64,000 nt of DNA, from positions 17,783 through 81,782 of the forward strand of contig JAZTWH010000026.1 in the NCBI GenBank assembly GCA_045635765.1. The letters run 5' to 3'. The notes beneath the pieces were generated by a model that saw only the letters and a program-made list of their open reading frames with translations, searched no databases and was not told the DNA's origin. The DNA is from Eubacteriales bacterium. GTDB taxonomy: Bacteria > Bacillota > Clostridia > Oscillospirales > UBA644. Shown one piece after another: positions 63,428 through 64,000 of the stretch (within the stretch, counting starts at the first letter, position 1; each line of letters opens with the position of its first letter). A program made the position numbers and the translations under genes.

Positions 63428-64000
63428 ATGGATTCTCAAACCAAAAAAACGGTTCGCCGCCTGGATCTGACCAGGGGTGCGTTGGTTCTGACGCTGATCC
63501 TGTATATTGCCGTTGCCCTGGTGATCAATTCCTCCTATCTTACCGTCGATCGGTTGATGCGGTTGCGTTTCAACGTCATCCATGCGTTGGGCGGCGGGGA
63601 AAATACGGTGCAGTATTATGAAGAAGAGACCGTGGACCTGCAGTTGTTTCAGGATGGCTACGTTCTTTTGACCCGCAACGGAGTGACGGTCTGCGGCGGA
63701 GATGGGAACGTTTATTCTTCCCACACCCTGCAGTACAAGCAACCGGCCATGAAGGTCAGCGAGAAATACATTCTCTGCTTTGACCGGGGCGGTACGTCTT
63801 GGAGCTTGTTGAACAGTTTTCGCATCCTTTGTTCGGGAACGGAAAGTGCCGATATTATCAACGGTGCCGTATCCGACGACGGGTATTTTGCCATTGCGGC
63901 AGAACGGACCGAATACAAGGGTAGTGTTACCGTGTATAATAGGGACGGGACGGACCTTTCCCGGTGGAATTCGGACAGTTATCTTATCGACTCCTTTTTC
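63428..64000 (+). CDS. Hypothetical membrane-anchored protein, 5' partial (runs off the window)
   Basis: ATG 63428 follows AAAGGAG. The frame stays open for 191 codons to the window end. One N-terminal TM segment (GALVLTLILYIAVALVI). It is not in the ORF track because no stop is reached. Confidence 0.5.
   Translation, partial: MDSQTKKTVRRLDLTRGALVLTLILYIAVALVINSSYLTVDRLMRLRFNVIHALGGGENTVQYYEEETVDLQLFQDGYVLLTRNGVTVCGGDGNVYSSHTLQYKQPAMKVSEKYILCFDRGGTSWSLLNSFRILCSGTESADIINGAVSDDGYFAIAAERTEYKGSVTVYNRDGTDLSRWNSDSYLIDSFF

Overview
This 64-kb window looks like a chromosomal segment of a moderately GC-rich, Clostridia-like Firmicute, judged from gene content and synteny: dprA-topA-trmFO, plsX-acp-rnc, dnaG-rpoD, pheST and ecfA-ecfA-ecfT-truA. 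I can support about 63 protein-coding genes, almost all housekeeping. I found no rRNA, tRNA, CRISPR array, transposase, integrase or phage gene. All functional calls come from motif and family recognition by eye; nothing was searched or computed beyond manual counting.

Gene order: the first ~35.6 kb is mostly minus-strand and the rest mostly plus-strand.
- Left part: a frameshifted aldo/keto reductase, murC, rnc, an ACP-like gene, plsX, trmFO, topA, dprA, a TrmH-family methyltransferase, ktrAB-like genes, a large GNAT, a macro-domain protein, metA/metY plus an AEC permease, a HAD hydrolase, dnaG-rpoD, an alanine:cation symporter, proBA, alr, nnr, ireB and pheST.
- Right part: NUDIX-lexA, a 10-gene [FeFe]-hydrogenase operon, a DtxR-family regulator, SPFH, dut, a CpXC/MnmM-like/AlaX/ABC-F run, araC-malQ, trkAH, a methyltransferase and ecfAAT-truA.

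Most interesting observations:
1. The bifurcating-type HydABC operon carries an embedded six-gene cassette that is largely translationally coupled. It encodes DRTGG, GHKL ATPase, a sensory-type HydS-like H-cluster protein, DRTGG, PHP and GHKL ATPase, with no DNA-binding output. I read it as a largely uncharacterised H2/redox-sensing signalling module.
2. At several loci the 3' end of a gene, including its stop codon, is repeated head-to-tail just downstream (topA/trmFO, GNAT, M14-like, methyltransferase, truA). Two other intergenic tandem-repeat arrays also occur.
3. Several proteins have lost canonical catalytic residues. The ACP homologue has Glu at the phosphopantetheine serine. The ABC-F protein has one fully degenerate ATP site. 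The M14-like protein lacks its zinc ligands.

Many promoters fit TTGnnn-17 bp-TATAAT, and many genes are followed by clear intrinsic terminators.
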